Origin: Candidatus Methylomirabilota bacterium
GTDB lineage: Bacteria; Methylomirabilota; Methylomirabilia; Rokubacteriales; CSP1-6
Assembly: GCA_046726415.1 (NCBI GenBank)
Contig: JBKPAK010000069.1
Span: forward strand, 1 to 55,603
Length of the DNA: 55,603 nucleotides
Reading direction: 5' to 3'
Positions 19,482-29,378 of this stretch are shown here, piece after piece; the first letter of the stretch is position 1; each line of letters starts with the position of its first letter. Both the position numbers and the translations under genes were made by a program. The notes beneath the pieces are model-generated. The model searched no databases. It was not told the DNA's origin and saw nothing but the letters and a program-made list of their open reading frames with translations.

Positions 19482-19953
19482 TTGGACCGGGACCCCGAGT
19501 CATCCGCGGCGCTCCTGCGTCACCCGCCGTTCGCCTTCCTGTGGTCTTGTCGGGTGCTGACCAACGTGGGGTCGCAGATGCTGGCCGTCGCGGTGGGCTG
19601 GCAGCTCTACGCGCTGACCGGCAGCGCCCTGGACCTCGGGCTGGTCGGCCTCGCAGAGTTCGCGCCGATGATCGCTCTGACCTTGATCGTCGGGCAGGCA
19701 GATCCGCACGCCGGACGCAATGCGCGGCCGCGTCAGCGCGGTGCACTCGCTGTTCACCGGCACCTCGAACCAGCTCGGGGCGTTCGAGTCGGGCCTGGTG
19801 GCCGCGCTCTTCGGCCCGGTCCCCGCAGTGCTGATCGGCGGGATCGGTACGATCGCCGTCGCGGTGCTGTGGATGGTCCTCTTCCCGGAGTTGCGTCGGA
19901 TCCGCGCGTTCGAGGGCGATTCCTCGCGCGCCCCTGGGTTACTCTCCCGCTAA
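19482..19953 (+). pseudogene. MFS transporter remnant; central TM segments deleted
   Basis: N-terminal GSQMLAVAVGWQLYALTGSALDLGLVGL is joined out of frame at about 19697 to C-terminal QIRTPDAMRGRVSAV..SNQLGAFESG. Confidence 0.85.
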
Positions 19954-19990
19954 GGGCGCCGCGGTGGCGGGCATTCGGAGGCGCAGCGAG

Positions 19991-21103
19991 GTGAACGGGT
20001 CGTTGTGGATTCGCGCCCGGCTTCACTGGGTCGTTCCGGCGCTGCTGCCGGCGATCAACCTCGCCCTCGCGCTGCTGCTGTCAGCCCTGGTGGTGCTCCT
20101 GGTTGGCGAAAGCCCCGCGCGTGCGCTCCGGATCTTGGCCGTGGGCGCGTTTGGCGATGCCGAGGCCCTTGGCTATACGCTCTACTACGCGACCAACTTC
20201 GTCTTCACCGGCCTGGCGGTTGCTGTGGCGTTCCACGGCGGTCTCTTCAACATCGGGGCCGAAGGCCAGGCGTACTTGGGCGGCCTCGGGGTGGCGCTTC
20301 TCTGTCTGGGGGCCGGGCGCTGGCCGACGGTGCTGGTCGTCCCGGTCGCCATCATCGTGGCCGGGGCCGCCGGCGCGGCGTGGGCATTCGTGCCGGGCTG
20401 GCTCCAGGCCCGGCGCGGCAGCCACATCGTCATCACGACGATCATGTTCAACTTCATCGCCTCGGCGGTCATGACGTACCTCATGGTCAATGTCCTCATC
20501 AAGCCGGGTCAGCAGGCGCCAGAGACCCGCGAATTCGATCCGAACACGTGGCTTCCCCAGCTTCACGACGTGTTCCGATGGCTCGGCTGGGAGATCGGCC
20601 GCTCGCCGCTCAATCTTGCGTCGCTGTTCGCGCTGGCCGCGAGCGTTCTGGTCTGGTTCTACCTCTGGCACACGCGCTGGGGCTACGAGCTGCGGGCCTT
20701 CGGTCACAACGCGACGGCGGCGGTGTACGGAGGCATCTCGCCCGCGTCGACGGTGATTGTGGCCATGTCGATCTCCGGGGCCCTGGCCGGACTGATGAGC
20801 CTCAACGAAGTCATGGGCGTCCAGCACCGCCTGCTTCTCAACATGCCCGGCGGAGCGGGCTACGTCGGCATTGCCGTCGCGCTGATGGGGCGCAATCATC
20901 CACTGGGGATCGCGCTGTCCGCCATCCTATTCGGCGCTCTCTATCAAGGGGGGTCCGAGCTGTCGTTCGACATGCCGAAGCTCACCCGCGACATGGTGGT
21001 GGTCATCCAGGGGCTGATCATCCTCGTGTGCGGTGCCCTCGAGCACGCGCTCCGCGCGCCCCTCGAGTCGCTGTTTCGCCGGACGGCACGCGTGGCAGGG
21101 TAA
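19991..21103 (+). CDS. Nucleoside ABC transporter permease (NupB/YufP type)
   Basis: Motifs YTLYYATNFVFTGLAVAVAFHGGLFNIGAEGQ, HIVITTIMFNFIA and GIAVALMGRNHP. Start uncertain (19964 or 19991). Confidence 0.92.
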   Translation: MNGSLWIRARLHWVVPALLPAINLALALLLSALVVLLVGESPARALRILAVGAFGDAEALGYTLYYATNFVFTGLAVAVAFHGGLFNIGAEGQAYLGGLGVALLCLGAGRWPTVLVVPVAIIVAGAAGAAWAFVPGWLQARRGSHIVITTIMFNFIASAVMTYLMVNVLIKPGQQAPETREFDPNTWLPQLHDVFRWLGWEIGRSPLNLASLFALAASVLVWFYLWHTRWGYELRAFGHNATAAVYGGISPASTVIVAMSISGALAGLMSLNEVMGVQHRLLLNMPGGAGYVGIAVALMGRNHPLGIALSAILFGALYQGGSELSFDMPKLTRDMVVVIQGLIILVCGALEHALRAPLESLFRRTARVAG

Positions 21104-21110
21104 GGCGCCA

Positions 21111-22091
21111 GTGATCGCGGAAGGGTTCCTGATCCTGATGCTCCTCGCCGACGCGACGGCGCGGGGCGCTACCCCGCTGGTGCTGGCGGCACTCGGCGGG
21201 CTCTTCGCCGAGCGATCCGGCGTCGTCGACATCGGCCTCGAGGGGAAGATGCTGAGCTCGGCGTTCGCGGCGGCGACGACGGCGGCGGTGACCGGCTCGG
21301 CCTGGGTCGGTCTGGGGGCCGCGATCGCCGCGTCGATCCTGTTCGCCTTGGTGCACGGCTTCGCCTGCATCACGCATGCCGGCAACCAGGTCGTGTCGGG
21401 TATGGCGCTCAACATCACGGTGTCGGGGCTGACGGTCGTGCTGGGCTACGCTTGGTTCCATGAGGGCGGCCAGACTCCGCTCCTGGCCCCGGCCGCGCGC
21501 TTCCTGCCCATCGATCTGCCGGGAGCCGCGGCGCTGGCCGCGGTACCGGGAATCGGTCCGATCTACAGCGAGGTCATCAGCGGCCACAATCTGCTCGTCT
21601 ACGCGGCGGCCGCGGCTGTCCCCATCGCAACGTGGCTCGTGTACCGGACGCGCTTCGGTCTGCGGCTGCGCGCCGTCGGCGAGAGCCCGGGGGCCGTCGA
21701 CACCGCCGGCATCTCGGTCCGCGCCACGCGCTATCAGGCCCTGGTGGCGAGCGGCGTCCTCTGCGGCATCTCGGGAGCGTACCTGTCGACCGCACATCAT
21801 GCGTCCTTCATCCGCGACATGTCGGCGGGCAAGGGCTACCTCGCCCTGGCCGCGTTGATCTTCGGACAATGGCGTCCGCTGCCGACGCTCCTCGCCTGCC
21901 TCCTCTTCGCGTTTGCCGACGCCGTCCAGGTTCGCCTGCAGGGGACTCCGCTGCCGCTGGTGGGCATCGTGCCGGTCCAGCTGATTCAGGCCATTCCGTA
22001 CGTGCTGACGGTATGCTTGCTGGCCGGATTCGTTGGACGCGCGGTGGCCCCGCGGGCCATCGGCGTCCCCTACGTCAAGGAAGGGCGATGA
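21111..22091 (+). CDS. Nucleoside ABC transporter permease (NupC/YufQ type)
   Basis: Motifs PLVLAALGGLFAERSGVVDIGLEGKML, GLRLRAVGESP and GKGYLALAALIFG. Confidence 0.92.
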   Translation: MIAEGFLILMLLADATARGATPLVLAALGGLFAERSGVVDIGLEGKMLSSAFAAATTAAVTGSAWVGLGAAIAASILFALVHGFACITHAGNQVVSGMALNITVSGLTVVLGYAWFHEGGQTPLLAPAARFLPIDLPGAAALAAVPGIGPIYSEVISGHNLLVYAAAAAVPIATWLVYRTRFGLRLRAVGESPGAVDTAGISVRATRYQALVASGVLCGISGAYLSTAHHASFIRDMSAGKGYLALAALIFGQWRPLPTLLACLLFAFADAVQVRLQGTPLPLVGIVPVQLIQAIPYVLTVCLLAGFVGRAVAPRAIGVPYVKEGR

Positions 22092-22546
22092 GTGCCGTTG
22101 AGCCTGGGGGGCGGTCGGCGGAAGGAGCAGCGGGCGCTCCCGCCCAGCTCGGCGCGATGCTGGATCTGGCCCGGCGCGCTCTCGCGAACGCCCACGCGCC
22201 CTACTCTCACTTCCGGGTCGGCGCGAGCCTTCGGGCGGCCAGCGGCCGGCTCTATGCCGGCTGCAACGTGGAGAACGCGGCGTATCCTGTCGGCCAGTGC
22301 GCCGAGTCGACCGCTATCGGCGCCATGGTTGCCGCGGGTGACCGGGAGATCGTCGAGGTCGTGGTCGTGACCGAGGGGACAGAGCTCTGCTCGCCCTGCG
22401 GGCGCTGCCGTCAGCAGCTCGCCGAGTTCACGCGTCCAGACGCGCGCGTGCATCTCTGCGGGCCGGAGGGTGTGCGAGCCAGCACCACCCTGGGCGAGCT
22501 CCTGCCGCTGGCTTTCGGGCCCAACACGCTCGGGCGATCCACGTGA
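22088..22546 (+). CDS. cdd: Cytidine deaminase (homotetrameric type)
   Basis: Motifs AHAPYSHFRVGA, GCNVENAAYP, CAE, SPCGRCRQ and ELLPLAF; ATGA overlap with the permease. Confidence 0.93.
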   Translation: MSAVEPGGRSAEGAAGAPAQLGAMLDLARRALANAHAPYSHFRVGASLRAASGRLYAGCNVENAAYPVGQCAESTAIGAMVAAGDREIVEVVVVTEGTELCSPCGRCRQQLAEFTRPDARVHLCGPEGVRASTTLGELLPLAFGPNTLGRST

Positions 22547-22583
22547 CGCCCGTGTTCTAGCGCGGTCACCCGGGAGAGACGCC

Positions 22584-23648
22584 ATGGACTTCGGAATTTT
22601 CCTCGCCCCCGCCGCGGATTCCTGGAAGGTCGTGAAGCGCGCGGAGGCGCTGGGGTACCGCCGTGCCTGGTTCTACGACACCCAGCTCCTCAACTCCGAG
22701 CTCTTCGTGTCGATGGCCGCCGCGGCCTTGCAGACGTCGGTGATCCGCCTGGGCACGGGCGTGTTGATCCCGTCGAATCGCATCGCGCCGGTGACCGCGA
22801 GCGGGCTAGCCAGCCTGAACGCGCTGGCGCCGGGACGGATCGACTTCGGCATCTCCACGGGCTTCACGGCGCGCCGCACGATGGGGTTGGGTCCCGTCAC
22901 GCTCAGGGACATGGAGGAATACCTCCGGGTCGTACGCGGGCTGCTGGCGGGCGAGACGGTGGAGTGGGTCTTTGAGGAGAAGCGTCGGAAGATCCGCTTC
23001 CTCAATCCCGAGGTGGGCGCCATCAACATCGAGGACCCGATCCCCGTGCACATCGCGGCGACGGGGCCGCGTGGACGTCGGCTCACCGCCAAGCTCGGGG
23101 CGGGGTGGATCCATGCCACGGCCAGCGTGGGCCACGCTAAGGCCGCCCTCGCCGACATGCAGGCCGCCTGGCGTGAGGTCAGGGGAGATCCGGCCGGGCT
23201 CCGTGCGACGGCCGCCATCGCCGGATGCGTCCTGACGGCTGGCGAAGCCGTCGACAGCCCGCGAGCCAAGGCGCAGGCGGGGCCGACCGCCACCATCGCG
23301 CTGCACAGCCTGGTGGAGCGCGAGCAGTTCGGCGATCTGGGGCGTCCCATCCCGCCGCATCTGTCGCCGCTGCTCGAGCGCTATGGGGAGATCTATCGCG
23401 CCTATGAGCCAGCGGATGCGCGCTACTTGCAGAATCACCGCGGGCACCTCATGTTCCTACGGCCGGAGGAGCACGCCATCTGCACCGCGGATCTGATTCG
23501 GGCGACCACCTTCACCGGACCCAAGGCCGAGGTGCAGGAGCAGCTCCGGGAGTTGGCCAGGGCCGGATTCCACCACATCGGCCTCACGGTCCGCTACGGC
23601 CATGCCGAGATGCTGGAAGAGTGGGCGGACGTGTTCGAGGGCGTGTGA
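22584..23648 (+). CDS. LLM-class oxidoreductase (Mer-like subgroup)
   Basis: Motifs AEALGYRRAWFYDTQ, IRLGTGV, LNALAPGRIDFGISTG and IPVHIAATGPR; GTGA overlap with the next gene. Confidence 0.88.
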   Translation: MDFGIFLAPAADSWKVVKRAEALGYRRAWFYDTQLLNSELFVSMAAAALQTSVIRLGTGVLIPSNRIAPVTASGLASLNALAPGRIDFGISTGFTARRTMGLGPVTLRDMEEYLRVVRGLLAGETVEWVFEEKRRKIRFLNPEVGAINIEDPIPVHIAATGPRGRRLTAKLGAGWIHATASVGHAKAALADMQAAWREVRGDPAGLRATAAIAGCVLTAGEAVDSPRAKAQAGPTATIALHSLVEREQFGDLGRPIPPHLSPLLERYGEIYRAYEPADARYLQNHRGHLMFLRPEEHAICTADLIRATTFTGPKAEVQEQLRELARAGFHHIGLTVRYGHAEMLEEWADVFEGV

Positions 23649-24982
23649 AGATTCGCGCGGCGCCGAGCGAACTGATCCGCCGCAAACGCGACGGCGCGAC
23701 CTTGACGGAAGAAGAGATTGCCGGCCTCGTGGCGGGGATCGTAGACGGCTCGGTGAGCGACGCCCAGGTCGCTGCCTTCGCCATGGCGGTGTTCTTCCGC
23801 GGCATGACGCGCGCGGAGTGCGTGGCGCTCACCGGGGCGATGACCCGTTCGGGCGCCGCTCTCGACTGGTCAGAGGCCGACCTCGGCGGCCCCATCCTCG
23901 ACAAGCATTCCACCGGTGGCGTCGGCGACAAGGTCAGCCTGATCCTGGCCCCGGTGGTGGCGGCCTGCGGAGGCTTCGTGCCGATGATCTCTGGCCGCGG
24001 CCTCGGCCACACGGGAGGTACGCTCGACAAACTCGACAGCATTCCCGGCTACGACACCGCCCCGGACGTGGTCAAATTCCGCGCCGCGGTGGGCGCCGCC
24101 GGCTGTGCCATCGTGGGGCCGACGGCGGAGCTCGCGCCCGCCGACCGACGGCTCTACGCGATCCGCGACGTCACGGCCACCGCCGATTCGCTTCCGCTCA
24201 TCACCGCGTCGATCTTGTCGAAAAAACTGGCGGCCGGGCTGGACGCACTCGTGATGGACGTCAAAGTCGGCTCCGGTGCGCTCCTGCTGTCACTCGATAC
24301 TGCACGCGCGCTGGCCGAGAGCCTGGTCGAGGTTGCCGGGGGCGCGGGGCTCCCGACGCTCGCGCTGCTGACCGACATGAACCAGGCCCTCGGCCACGAC
24401 GTGGGCAACGCGCTCGAGGTCCGCGAGGCGATCGACTTCCTGACTGGCCGGCGCCGTGAAGCTCGGCTCCACGCGGTGACGACCGCGCTGGCCAGCGAGC
24501 TGCTCGTCCTGGGTGGTGCGGCCGGTGACGCCATTGAGGCCTCCCGCGCGGTGGAGCGGGCCCTCGCCTCGGGCGCCGCGACGGAGCGGTTCGCGCGCAT
24601 GGTCGCGGCGCTGGGCGGGCCGCGCGACGTGGTCGAATGCCCCGAGCGGCACTTCCCGACCGCGCCCGTGCGAATCCCCGTCGCGCCCAATCGCCCTGGC
24701 GTCATCGAACGCGTGGACACGCGCATGCTCGGCCTGATCGTGGCGTGGCTGGGCGGCATCCGGCAGCGCGCGGAGGATGCCATCGATCCGGCGGTGGGGT
24801 TGGCCGACGTGCGCGGACCGGGGGACATGGTGGGCTCCGACCAGCCCCTCGCGATCGTCCACGCGAGGTCGGGCTCCGAGGCCGAGGCGGCCGCCGCGGC
24901 ACTCCGCGCGGCGGTGGCCGTCGCCGACGAGCCGCTCCTGCCAAACGCGTCGCCAGTGCTGCGCCGCATCGGAGCGCAATGA
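23645..24982 (+). CDS. deoA: Thymidine / pyrimidine-nucleoside phosphorylase
   Basis: Motifs IRRKRDG, DKHSTGGVGDK, SGRGLGHTGGTLDKL, RDVTAT, SILSKKLA and DVKVGSGA. Confidence 0.93.
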   Translation: MKIRAAPSELIRRKRDGATLTEEEIAGLVAGIVDGSVSDAQVAAFAMAVFFRGMTRAECVALTGAMTRSGAALDWSEADLGGPILDKHSTGGVGDKVSLILAPVVAACGGFVPMISGRGLGHTGGTLDKLDSIPGYDTAPDVVKFRAAVGAAGCAIVGPTAELAPADRRLYAIRDVTATADSLPLITASILSKKLAAGLDALVMDVKVGSGALLLSLDTARALAESLVEVAGGAGLPTLALLTDMNQALGHDVGNALEVREAIDFLTGRRREARLHAVTTALASELLVLGGAAGDAIEASRAVERALASGAATERFARMVAALGGPRDVVECPERHFPTAPVRIPVAPNRPGVIERVDTRMLGLIVAWLGGIRQRAEDAIDPAVGLADVRGPGDMVGSDQPLAIVHARSGSEAEAAAAALRAAVAVADEPLLPNASPVLRRIGAQ

Positions 24983-24986
24983 CGCG

Positions 24987-26393
24987 ATGAGCGAGCCGGC
25001 CATTGTCATCCACGACACGACGATCGTCACCGCCGACGAGAGTGGCTCGATCCACTACGGCGCCGCGCTGGTCGTGACCGGCCGGCGCATCGCCGCTCTG
25101 GGACCAACCGCCGAGATGCACGCGCGCTACCCGGACGCCGTCCGCGTCGACGGGCGGGGGCGCGCGATCCTGCCTGGCTTCGCGAACGCGCACACGCATC
25201 TCGCACGCACCTTGGCGCGCGGCATCTACGAGGACCTCTCGCCGTCGCACACGCCACCGTTCACGGGGGGTCTCGCCCCCCTTCCCTTGCCGACGATCAC
25301 CGCCGACGAAGAGCGGATCATGGTCCTGCTGGGGGCGCTCGAGGCGATCCGGAGCGGAACCACGCTGGTGCTCGAGGAGGGGACGGGTATCGAGTCCTAC
25401 GCCGGCGCCCTCCGCGAGACCGGCCTGCGCCTCGTCCTCTGCGAGCGCGCCTGGGACCGCGCTCACGCGTCGATCGGTCAGCCCGGGCCGTTCGAGATCG
25501 ATCCCGCGCTCGCCGAGGCGGGCCTGGCGCGGATCGCCGCGCTGCACGCGCACTGGCACGGCACGGATGACGGTCGCCTCGTCATCGGGCTGGCCGCCTG
25601 GGCTCCTGACATGTGTTCTCCCGGACTGCTGGAGCGCCTGCGAGCACTCCAGTCGGAGCTCGGCGTGCTGGCGACGATCCATCTCAACCAGCTGTGGGGC
25701 GAGGTCGCGGCGGTGCGCGAGCAGCGTGGGGTCCCGCCCACCGAGTATCTCGCGCGCGCCGGCTTTCTGTCGGATCGGCTCGTGGCCGCCCACTGCCGGT
25801 GCATGACCGCGGGGGAAGAGCAGGTCCTCGGAGCCGCGCGCGCCGCCGTGGCCTTCAACTCGGCCATCGCTGCCCGGCGGGGCCTCGCGCCGCGCGCCCA
25901 CGAGCTGGAGCGGGCCGGCTGCCTCATCGCGCTCGGCACCGACAACATGGCCGAAGACATGATCGAGGTCATGCGGACCGCGCTCTTCATGGAGCGGGTC
26001 CGGCGCGAGGACGGTCGCCATCCGACGCCCGAAGACGTGCTGACCTGGGCCACGCGCAACGGCTACCGCGCGCTCGGCATCGCCGACGGTGGCTGGTTGG
26101 CGCCCGGCAACCGGGCCGATCTGATCCTCGTGGATCTACGAAAACCCCATCTGACGCCCGCCCTACGGGTCGTCTCCTGCCTCGTCCACCAGGGCCAGGC
26201 CAGCGATGTCGAAGCGGTCATGGTGGACGGCTGCTGGCTGATGCGCGACGGCCGCATCCTGACATTGGACGAGCCGACGATCCTCGCCGAGGCGGATCGC
26301 GTCGCGCGGACCGCCTGGGGACGCCTCTTCGCGCAACGGCCTGATCTCCCGCGCCCGCCCGGTCTCGACCTCTCACCGCCCCCTCGGGGCTAG
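24987..26393 (+). CDS. Amidohydrolase, MTA/SAH deaminase / AtzA-like subgroup
   Basis: Motifs PGFANAHTH, IRSGTT, IHLNQ, AAHC, LGTDN and GNRADLIL. Confidence 0.88.
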   Translation: MSEPAIVIHDTTIVTADESGSIHYGAALVVTGRRIAALGPTAEMHARYPDAVRVDGRGRAILPGFANAHTHLARTLARGIYEDLSPSHTPPFTGGLAPLPLPTITADEERIMVLLGALEAIRSGTTLVLEEGTGIESYAGALRETGLRLVLCERAWDRAHASIGQPGPFEIDPALAEAGLARIAALHAHWHGTDDGRLVIGLAAWAPDMCSPGLLERLRALQSELGVLATIHLNQLWGEVAAVREQRGVPPTEYLARAGFLSDRLVAAHCRCMTAGEEQVLGAARAAVAFNSAIAARRGLAPRAHELERAGCLIALGTDNMAEDMIEVMRTALFMERVRREDGRHPTPEDVLTWATRNGYRALGIADGGWLAPGNRADLILVDLRKPHLTPALRVVSCLVHQGQASDVEAVMVDGCWLMRDGRILTLDEPTILAEADRVARTAWGRLFAQRPDLPRPPGLDLSPPPRG

Positions 26394-26500
26394 CGCGGAA
26401 GGACAGACACCCGAGGAGAAGCCGAGCGCAGCACGCGCCCAGCGCACCCGGAGCAACACCTCGGGCCCTCAGCCGGCTCCCCCCCGCGCGGCGGGTGCCC

Positions 26501-26506
26501 TATGAT
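26501..26506 (+). promoter_or_regulatory. -10 box of a probable leaderless transcript
   Basis: TATGAT, 6 nt, then in-frame GTG 26513. Confidence 0.5.
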
Positions 26507-26512
26507 GCGCTG

Positions 26513-28138
26513 GTGGACCCGCCGCGCAGCCGGACTCTGCCCGATCTACTCGACGAGATCGCCACGCGCGATCCGGCGCGTGAGTTCATCGTGAGTGGCG
26601 GCGCCCGCCTGAGCTATGCCGAGACCCGCGCCCGCGTCCGGCAACTCGCCAAGGGTCTCTTCCGACTCGGCGTCCGAGAGGGCGACAGAGTTGCTCTGCT
26701 GATGAGCAATCGCCCGGGGTGGCTGTTGATCGACTTCGCGGTGACGCTCCTGGGGGCCACCCTGGTGCCCATCAGTACGTGGTCGCGGCCCAGGGAGCTC
26801 GAGTACGTGCTCGATCATGGCGATGCTGCGGCGCTCATCGCCATCGATCGCTTCGCCGGGCAGGACTACCTCGCCATGCTCACTGAGCTGGGCAGCCCGG
26901 GCTCGGCGCGCTTGCCGAAGCTCCGCCACCTCGTGGTCGACGGAGGTGCCGGCTCGCCGGTCGGCGGCAGGGCACAGCGCAGCGCGCTGATGGCGCTCGA
27001 CGATGTGTGGGACCTGGGCTCGACCGTCGGCGACAGCGAGCTCGATGCCATTCAGGGCAGGGTCACGCCAGAAGGCGTCGCGTACATGCTGTACACCTCC
27101 GGGACCACCTCGACGCCCAAAGGCGTTCAGCTCCAGCATCGCGGGCTCATCGAGAACATGTGGAACATCGGCGAGCGCCAGCACCTGACCCCCGATGACC
27201 GCATGTGGATGGGCATCTCGCTGTTCTGGAGCTTCGGCTGCGCGAACGCGCTGCTGGCGGTGATGACCCACGGCGGCACCATCGTGCTGCAGGACTCTCT
27301 CGACCCCGCCGGGGCCCTTGCCCTGATCGAGCGCGAGCGCTGCACGGTCTACTACGGCACGCCCACCATCGCGCTCGCCCTCACCGAGCATCCCGACCGC
27401 TCTCGACGCGATCTGTCCTCGCTGCGCACCGGCGCCGCCATCGGTTCGCCATCGGCGATCCAGATGGTGATGGACCTCGGCGCACGGGAGATCTGCAACG
27501 TCTACGGCCTGACCGAGTGTTACGGCAACTGCGCCGTCACCGACGCCCACGATCCGGCCGACGTGCGCCTGGCCACGGTCGGCTTCGCGCTGCCGGGCAT
27601 GGAGATTCGCATCGTCGATCGCCAGACGCGGCGCCCGCTGCCGTCCGGCGACGTCGGCGAGATTCTCGTCCGTGGCTACCTGACCCCCGGCTACTACAAG
27701 GATGCCGAGAAGAATGCGGCCGCCTTCGAAGACGGCTTCCTGGTGACCGGTGACCTCGGCTTCATCGGCGACGACGGTCGACTCAGATTTCGCGGTCGCA
27801 GCAAAGAGATGGTGAAGACGGGTGGGATCAATGTCGCGCCCCTCGAGGTCGAGGAAGTGCTGTTGGGCCATCCCGCCGTCGAGCAGACGTACGTGGTCGG
27901 ATTGCCAGATCCGCGGAAGGAGGAAATCCTCGCCGCGGTGATCGTGCTCAAAGAGGGCCACCACGCCGAGCCCGACGCGCTGCGGACCTTCTGCCAGCGG
28001 GCTCTGGCGGCGTACAAGGTTCCGCAGGAGTTTCGCCTGATGCGGCGGGACGAGCTTCCGGTCACCGGGACCGGCAAGGTGCAGAAGTTCCGGCTGGCCG
28101 AAATGCTCGCGCAGGAGCGCCACGCCATGGGCGCATGA
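26513..28138 (+). CDS. Class I adenylate-forming enzyme (acyl-CoA synthetase)
   Basis: Motifs YTSGTTSTPKG, YGLTE, TGDLG, GRSKEMVKTGG and TGTGKVQK. Confidence 0.92.
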   Translation: MDPPRSRTLPDLLDEIATRDPAREFIVSGGARLSYAETRARVRQLAKGLFRLGVREGDRVALLMSNRPGWLLIDFAVTLLGATLVPISTWSRPRELEYVLDHGDAAALIAIDRFAGQDYLAMLTELGSPGSARLPKLRHLVVDGGAGSPVGGRAQRSALMALDDVWDLGSTVGDSELDAIQGRVTPEGVAYMLYTSGTTSTPKGVQLQHRGLIENMWNIGERQHLTPDDRMWMGISLFWSFGCANALLAVMTHGGTIVLQDSLDPAGALALIERERCTVYYGTPTIALALTEHPDRSRRDLSSLRTGAAIGSPSAIQMVMDLGAREICNVYGLTECYGNCAVTDAHDPADVRLATVGFALPGMEIRIVDRQTRRPLPSGDVGEILVRGYLTPGYYKDAEKNAAAFEDGFLVTGDLGFIGDDGRLRFRGRSKEMVKTGGINVAPLEVEEVLLGHPAVEQTYVVGLPDPRKEEILAAVIVLKEGHHAEPDALRTFCQRALAAYKVPQEFRLMRRDELPVTGTGKVQKFRLAEMLAQERHAMGA

Positions 28139-28491
28139 AACTCCCCCGGCCGGAGGGCTGGCAGCGCAACGTCTGGGCCCTGACCCTGATCGTCTTCGTC
28201 GCCTTCGTCGGTTTCCAGTTCTTCTCGCCCTTCCTGCCGCTGTACATCCGCGAGCTAGGGGTGACGGATCCCGGCGGCATCGCGCTGTGGTCGGGTGTGC
28301 TGTCGGCGGTGACCCCGGCGATCTCGGGAGTCCTGTCGCCGGTCTTCGGCCGCCTGGCCGATCGCTTCGGCCGCAAGATGATGCTCGTTCGCTCCCTGGT
28401 GGGATTCATCGTCATCATCGCGGCGATGGGGCTCGTCAGGTCGGTGGAGCAGCTCTTTGTCGCGCGCTTGCTAGTCCCCTCTCATGGATAG
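28135..28491 (+). pseudogene. MFS transporter (MdtG-like), truncated after about 3 TM helices
   Basis: PFLPLYIRELG..WSG..PVFGRLADRFGRKMMLVRS, then the frame runs into the 3' end of the convergent gene. Confidence 0.82.
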
Positions 28492-29237
28492 CGCGGTCGG
28501 CGCTTCTCGCGGAACGCGGACACGCCTTCCTCGAAGTCCGAGCTGGCCCGTACCCGGTCGCCCAGCTCCTGCTCCAGGGCCTCGCGCGACAGCGCGTGCT
28601 CGGCGATCGTGGCGCTGATCTGCCGCTTCACCGCCTGCACGGCGGCGGGGCTGTTGGCGGCAATCAGCTCGGCCGTCTCGAGCGCCCAGGCCATGAGCCC
28701 CTCCGCCGGCACCACGCGATTGACGAGCCCCAGGCGCGCCGCCTCCGCCGCGTCGATGAGCTTACCGGTCAGCAACAGCTCCATGGCATGGACGTGACCG
28801 ATCTGCTGGATGAGCTTGACGGTCGCGCCCCCGAACGGATAGATCGCCCACCGCACTTCGGGCAGTCCGAAGCGGGCGTGGGGGGCGGCCGCGCGAACAT
28901 CGGTGGCGAGGAGCAGCTCCAGGCCGCCTCCCGCGCAATCGCCGTTGACGGCGGCCACGATCGGCTTCGAGTACGCGCGATGCTTGAGCAAGGCGGCGTT
29001 GACGATCCGGGCCGTCTCCGGCGAGGCGGAAAGATCGCCGCTCATGTCCGCGCCGGCGGTGAACGCGCGCTCGCCGGCCCCGGTGAGGACGATGCAGCGA
29101 TAGCTCGCGCGCTCGAAATCGTCCCAGAGCCGGGCCAGCTCCGCCAGCATCTGCCGCGACATGGCGTTCAGGCGGGGCTGGTTATCGAGGGTCACGATGG
29201 CGACGTGCTGGCTGTGTTCCCGGACCTGGATGCTCAT
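28482..29237 (-). CDS. Enoyl-CoA hydratase/isomerase family protein
   Basis: Motifs LTGAGERAFTAGAD, KPIVAAVNGDCAGGGLEL, FGLPEV and EGVSAFREKR. Confidence 0.92.
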   Translation of the reverse strand: MSIQVREHSQHVAIVTLDNQPRLNAMSRQMLAELARLWDDFERASYRCIVLTGAGERAFTAGADMSGDLSASPETARIVNAALLKHRAYSKPIVAAVNGDCAGGGLELLLATDVRAAAPHARFGLPEVRWAIYPFGGATVKLIQQIGHVHAMELLLTGKLIDAAEAARLGLVNRVVPAEGLMAWALETAELIAANSPAAVQAVKRQISATIAEHALSREALEQELGDRVRASSDFEEGVSAFREKRRPRYP

Positions 29238-29378
29238 CGCTTGCCGCTCCTGGTTTACCTCGCCGGCAACTGGGGGACGACGACGACCTTTCCGTGGGCC
29301 CACGCACGGCAGAGCACGGCACGCATTCGCTCGCTCCTTCATCACCGCGACACGGCCTTGGCAGTCTGCCCGCGGGCC

